From: Nitrospirota bacterium
Lineage (GTDB): Bacteria > Nitrospirota > Thermodesulfovibrionia > Thermodesulfovibrionales > UBA1546
Direction: 5' to 3'
DNA: 64,000 nt
Assembly (NCBI GenBank): GCA_016195565.1
Contig: JACPZK010000004.1
Span: forward strand, 4,003-68,002
Each line of letters begins with the position of its first letter. Position 1 is the stretch's first letter. This document shows, in pieces, positions 63,923 to 64,000 of the stretch. The position numbers and the translations under genes are program-made. The notes under the pieces are model-generated. The model was not told the origin of the DNA. It ran no database searches and worked only from the letters and a program-made list of their open reading frames with translations.

Positions 63923-63989
63923 GCCCCAACGGCAGATAACAGAGTGCTTGAGTTTAACACCCAAAGGCTTAGCCCTTCTCAAGCACTCT
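63923..63989 (+). repeat. conserved hairpin repeat downstream of radical SAM gene 2 (copy 2)
   Basis: Perfect 12-bp stem AGAGTGCTTGAG (63941-63952) / CTCAAGCACTCT (63978-63989) with a 25-nt loop. Homologous to 62026-62090. Confidence 0.85.
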
Positions 63990-64000
63990 AAACGTTAGCC

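Noticed and set aside
1-64000. tRNA, rRNA, tmRNA or known riboswitch genes in intergenic regions (notably 35904-36167, 20253-20457, 53723-54464)
   Set aside because: I could not recognise cloverleaf-compatible or rRNA-like sequence by eye. Absence should be confirmed with tRNAscan-SE and Infernal.

Overview
This is a 64-kb window of a fairly AT-rich bacterial chromosome. The taxon cannot be fixed from sequence alone. Ferredoxin-dependent enzymes and an archaeal-type split glutamate synthase suggest an uncultured anaerobe. I saw no rRNA, tRNA or CRISPR array. Layout: (1) 1-8.4 kb holds a RelE-type TA pair, an AddB-like nuclease, argJ carrying an in-frame TGA, a YihY/BrkB-cNMP fusion and a Crp/Fnr regulator. 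(2) 8.5-28.3 kb is a co-directional block of 14 genes, 13 with a signal peptide or lipobox plus one small membrane protein. It includes a CsgG-like protein, LPP20-like proteins, a DUF799-like multidomain lipoprotein, an SLH protein, a transglutaminase-like protein and a DUF4139 protein. It ends in two exported WD40-caspase (C14) paralogs flanking a DUF4384 protein. (3) 28.3-31.6 kb is an Mla-like module whose ATPase motifs are degenerate. (4) 31.6-45.9 kb is housekeeping: trmD-rplS-rnhB, a DtxR-family regulator, miaB, nadE, a TauE permease, a GGDEF protein, ferredoxin, an acyltransferase and a Lon-like protease. (5) 45.9-48.4 kb holds a restriction-modification gene tail remnant, a second RelE/Phd TA pair and a Xer-type recombinase. 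(6) 48.6-53.7 kb is a three-gene split glutamate synthase. (7) 53.7-64 kb looks accessory, with exported CARDB-like, Cys-rich-repeat, C1 (frameshifted), glutaminyl-cyclase-like and C13-like proteins. These are followed by two tandem modules, each a Cys/Asp-rich peptide or protein plus a radical SAM/SPASM maturase, and each followed by a conserved hairpin repeat. That locus is my best candidate for an undescribed RiPP-type system. Several dispersed repeat families are also visible, and some are inserted in frame into coding sequences.
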